Shown here one piece after another: positions 58,421 to 64,000 of a stretch of 64,000 bases of DNA. The DNA lies in assembly GCF_009914755.1 (NCBI RefSeq), contig NC_060930.1, one strand, 5' to 3'. The position numbers and the translations under genes were made by a program. This DNA comes from the human T2T-CHM13v2.0 reference genome, Homo sapiens. Under the pieces are notes generated by a model. It had not been told where the DNA came from, searched no databases, and saw nothing but the letters and a program-made list of their open reading frames with translations. Every line of letters begins with the position of its first letter. The stretch's first letter is position 1.

Positions 58421-58449
58421 GTTCCTTGTCAAGCACTAGCTACTTAATT

Positions 58450-58579
58450 CAATTTAATAAAATATTTTTATTTTATTACAAATACTATTACATGTGTGAC
58501 ACCTGGGAATAAAGAAGGTACGGGCCCTAACCCAAAGACAGGAACACCTTCCCAACTCTTAAGCAACTCTCTATCAAGT

Positions 58580-58622
<43 letters not shown>

Positions 58623-59170
58623 TGTCATAATTCAATGTTAGGTACAAAAATAGAAATAAATACAAGCTAAATAGTGATACAGAAAAGAGACTGGTTACTT
58701 CTGACTAGAGTAGTCAGGAATGACTTCCCAAAGGTGATGCTATTTAACTGGATTTTGTAGGGCAAATAGAAACTCTCTAGGCACAAAAGAGTGAAGGGGC
58801 CCAACAGACAGAGGGAGTATAACACACCGTGGTATGGAAATGTGAAATTGAATGCTGTGGTCGGAGAAAAATGGGTGGTTCAGGCTTACTGAGGGTAGAG
58901 TGAGTCTATATGTCTGAGTGAGCAGTTCCCGCTTACAGAGCCCCGGATGCCAATCCAGGAATCAGACCTGTACAGCACACATGGGAAGCCATTAACGGGC
59001 ATTATACAGACTGTGACTCAATCAGGTTTACTCTCTGAAAGCTCATTCTGGCAGCAGCTGCTGGATGACGTGTTAGAGGAGGAGACTGAAGTCAGTTGAG
59101 AGGCTATTGCGACAGTCCAGGCAGGAGGAAGTAAGGGCCTGGCATGAGGCATTCACAGTAATGACACTGA
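58450..59170 (-). mobile_element. L2 fragment
   Basis: ttcaatttaataaaatatt tail; agtcaggaatgacttccc...gaggctattgcgacagtccaggcag. Confidence 0.8.
58584..58620. repeat. (CA)18 perfect microsatellite
   Basis: Direct reading. Confidence 0.97.
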
Positions 59171-59840
59171 GGAAAGGATACTTCTGCTGGGGTGGCAACA
59201 ATTCACCCATTGCTTCTGCAGTCAGACTTTAGATTTTGGCATGCATAGATTTGTTGGTGAGTAAAGAGGACCACCATGGTCTTAGAAAGAAGTACTGATG
59301 TAAGAATGCTAAAATTACGGAATTATAGAACATTAAACATGGAAAATATCTTAAATGGTCTATTCCAACTACCTCATTTACCTACAAGAGAATTGGCTAA
59401 TGAAGGATAAATTTCAACCTGGTAGCCAGGTACCCAGCCAGTGAGACAGGGAATTGTTTGGTGGGGTATTATTGGGTTGAATTGTGTTCCCAAAAGATAT
59501 GTTGAAGTCCTAACCCCTGTTACTTGTGAGTTGACCTTATTTGGAAATAGGGTCTTTGCAGATGTTATCAGATAAATCATTAGGGTGGGCCCTGATCCAG
59601 TAGGACTGCTGTCCTTATAAGAAGATGGAAGTGAATATGTGAAGACATAGAGACACAGGGAGAACCCCTTGTGAGATGGAAGCAGAGATTGCCAAGATGC
59701 AGTTGCAAACCAAGGAAGGCCAAGGATTGGAGGCCAGCACCAGAAGTTAGGAAGAAGCCAGGAAGATTCTACCCAGAACCTCAGGGGGAACCTGACTATG
59801 CCAGCCCCTTGATTTCCAACTTCTAGCCCACAGATCTATG

Positions 59841-59909
59841 AGAAGATAACTTATTGTTTTATTTTATGTTATTTTATTTTTGTGATCACAAGAAGATAAC
59901 TTATTGTTT

Positions 59910-59931
<22 letters not shown>
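59841..59931. repeat. Tandem duplication, period 50
   Basis: agaagataacttattgttttattttatgt(t/c)attttattttt at 59841 and 59891. Confidence 0.9.
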
Positions 59932-60723
<792 letters not shown>

Positions 60724-60779
60724 TAATGGCAGCCCTAGGAAATGAATACAGATTGGTTCAATAGTAAGTTTCATTTGCA

Positions 60780-60990
60780 ATGAGTTTTTAAACATTAAAA
60801 AAAAATTAACAAAAATGTGAGTGTACTTTATAAAGAACTTTCATTCATTTTCTCATTTAATCTTCACATCAGTTCTTGGAGGTGGGGGTAGTGAGGAAAG
60901 AGCTGATTGTTCCAAAGTCATCAAGTGATGGAACCAAAGTCAAATTACAAGACTTCTGGCTCCAACTGCTATGCTCTTCCCTGTATCCTA
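60780..60990 (-). mobile_element. MIR
   Basis: tctcatttaatcttcacatc...tccaaagtcat...tctggctcca...tgctcttccc. Confidence 0.65.
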
Positions 60991-62744
60991 TCGCATTAGT
61001 GACTTTAACAGTTCATGTATGGTGAAAACCTTTAAGGATATGCTGAGCTTATGAAAGAAGAAGATTTCTGCACTGTGATTGCTTAAGTACATACTCAAGA
61101 AGGGTCAACTTGAGATATTAGTGTGAGCACCAGCAAGCAGCTCTGTTTCCAGGAAAGAAATGCTAGTGATATAATGTAACCATGTAAATGGTCTAATTCA
61201 TTCCAATAAACATTTACATTCAAAGTTTGACAGGAGAAAAAAAAGCCTATAAAGTGACATAGTGTTATATCTCCTCCCTGGCTGTCTCCTGAGTCTGAAG
61301 ACATAATCTTTCTTTATAAGAGGACTATCTGTAGCTTTGGAAACCAAAACCAACTCAGCTATTCCTGGTCTAGCTGGGTTTTGACTGGTTTCATACATGA
61401 TCCTATAATTTGTTATCTCAATTCCTATTGTGGGGTTTTCATGATTAGGAGAAAAAAAGTCATGTCTTGGGCAAGTGACACAATTCAGTTTTTCCTGTTA
61501 TTATTTTTGATTTGGGGTTTTTGTTCACTCTATTTTTTATTTATTTTTATTTTTATGTTTTGAGATGCTAGAGAATGTGTAGGTAATCGCAGGGAGACAA
61601 ACCATTGACCAATAATTTAGCATAGGAGGAGGAATCCACTTCTGAAAAATTATCTATGTGCCCGTAAATGCCATTTATCAGAAATTGGCTAATGGTATTA
61701 TGTTAATTAAAGAAGTGTCATGCATCTGGCTTCATGCAAAGAAGGAAGAGAGAGAGAAGGAAAAAGGAGGAAAAGAACAAAAACCTCTCCACTTGTATAG
61801 GTCTAGGTCATCAAATGACAGTGGTTTCCTAAACAGGAACCTTGTGGATCTTTATTAAAGTAGCAGGAGAGTGGCATCCAGTTTCATTCAGGAGGAGACC
61901 TTTGCAGAGCGCAGAAAAGTGCTGCATTTCTAAGAGTTTACAAAGCTTAGGGTCATTCTCTATTTGGTTCAAGTCCCAAAAGTACTTAGTAGCCAGGAAT
62001 AGTGATTTAAAGGTAAACATCAGCCTTTCATCTTTCTGACTGGGCTGAAGGCAAATTCATGACCAATCCTCCATCCAGACCATAAAATGTAATGTTTAGT
62101 CTCAGGACAGACACCATTAACACCAGAAATAATACCTCTCTCTGCATGTGTATTAAAGTTCTTCTTAACCTGGAGTTGCAACTCTGGGTGTGTGGAATTG
62201 TTCTCCAGACTAATAACATTATGCACATCTGAAGAGTTTAAGTTGTAAGTTACCCCAAATAAAGATATCAAATAGGAATAGGTCTTAAACTACAAATTTA
62301 TTGTTATATTCTATATCAACCTCACACAGTAAAATAATTAGAAGTCTCATGTCATATTAATTCATGAGCATTCCCTTGTCTTTCTTCTATAAGCCATAAA
62401 TTCACACCCTAATATACTGGAGAAAAGTCAACAGAGTCTATAGTACCTCAAGCTCATAATTCTGACCCCTCTACTTTTCACAGTATGATATAAACTGAAT
62501 AACAAAAAATCTAGGATACTAAGTTGGTATGTATAGAATTTAAAACAGACCACTGAAACTGTTTTGGTTTTTGTTTCTTTGTTCTTTCACTTAATAAATC
62601 ACCCCCCAAAATACCCCCAAAAACTATGTACCCATTTTTGTTAAAGTACCCAAGTTTACATTTACATCTAAGATGGTATGGAACTTTTAAAAATTAGAAA
62701 ACTAGTTTTTTATTTAATTTCAATTTTTTTTATTAAAAATTTGA

Positions 62745-63056
<312 letters not shown>

Positions 63057-63257
63057 TGAAACCAATGTTTAAAAAATAAAATAGAAAAACCCAATTCATA
63101 TCTTCAATATCTCTTCTTCAAATTAGCAACTCTTCAAATTCATTCAAAAATTGTGTCAGTTAAAATTATTTGGTTAAAATGTCAGCACTGAAGTTTCTTG
63201 TCAGGTTCATAAGGGTACATGAGACATCAAATATCATTAGATTGTTGTTAGAAAAAA

Positions 63258-64000
63258 ATTATAATTAGAAACCAATAACAAAAAGATAATCAGAAAATCT
63301 CAAAATACATGGACATTAAACAACACACTTCCAAATAACACCTGGGTCAAAGAAGAAATCCCAAGAAAATTTAAAAGTATTTTGAACTAAATTAAAACAA
63401 AAACACAACATATGAAAATTTCTGGAATGCAGCAAAGTCATGCTTAGGTGGAAATTTATAGCATTGAATGAATGTAATAGAATAGAACAAAGCCTAAAAT
63501 TAATAATTTAAGCTTCCAACTTAGAAATCTAGAAAAAATAGGGCAAATTAAATAGAAAGTAAGAAGAAGAAATAATAAACATTTGAACAGAAATCAATAA
63601 AATTGAAAATAGGAAACCAATAGGCAAAATCAAGGAAATCAAAAGCCAATTCTTTGAAAAGATAAGAAAAATCAATAAGCTTCTAGCAAGGCTAACTATA
63701 ATAAAAGAAAGAAGAAAGGACACAAATTGCTAATATCAGAAATGAAAAAGGGGACATCACTACAGCTCCCATGGACATTGATAATAAAGGAATACTATTA
63801 ACAACTTTATGCCCACAAGCTTGGTAACCTAGATGAAAGGGACCAACTCCTTGAAAGACAATCTGCCAAAACTCACACAAGAACAAATAAACAATCTTAA
63901 TAGGCCTAAATCTATCAAAAACATTGAATCAATAACTAATAACCTTCCAAAACAGAACGCATCATGTCCAAATGAATTCACTGCTAAATGTTACCAAATA
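63258..64000 (+). mobile_element. Old L1M ORF2 region, runs off the window
   Basis: Disrupted translation WTLNNTLPNNTWVKEEI...FWNAAK..GKFIALN and gggacatcactacag match L1 ORF2 just after the endonuclease domain. Confidence 0.92.

Overview
Primate (very likely human) AT-rich, CpG-depleted genomic DNA, either intronic or intergenic, with about half of it recognisable as interspersed repeats. I count 16 Alu insertions (J, S and Y types; 12 on the minus strand, several nested), L1PA/L1MA/L1MB/L1MC/L1ME fragments, L2, L3/CR1, MIR, MaLR LTRs (MLT1, MST, THE1), ERVL and ERV1 LTRs, a decayed ERVL gag segment, and DNA transposons (MER5, MER20, MER104, piggyBac MER75, and a probable hAT transposase fossil). 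I recognise no protein-coding gene, tRNA, rRNA, CpG island or CRISPR array. Essentially all ORFs in the six-frame track are repeat translations or chance ORFs. The most interesting non-repeat signals are hypotheses: (i) plus-strand candidate exons, two of which (4464-4591 and from 9561) join into an 89-codon open frame, (ii) a minus-strand micro-exon 1.4 kb downstream of a THE1 LTR that keeps its DUX4 site and splice donor but has lost its TATA box, and (iii) several dense transcription-factor motif clusters. I could not identify the locus, repeat subfamily calls were made by eye from remembered consensus sequences, and nothing here amounts to a demonstrated new biological system.
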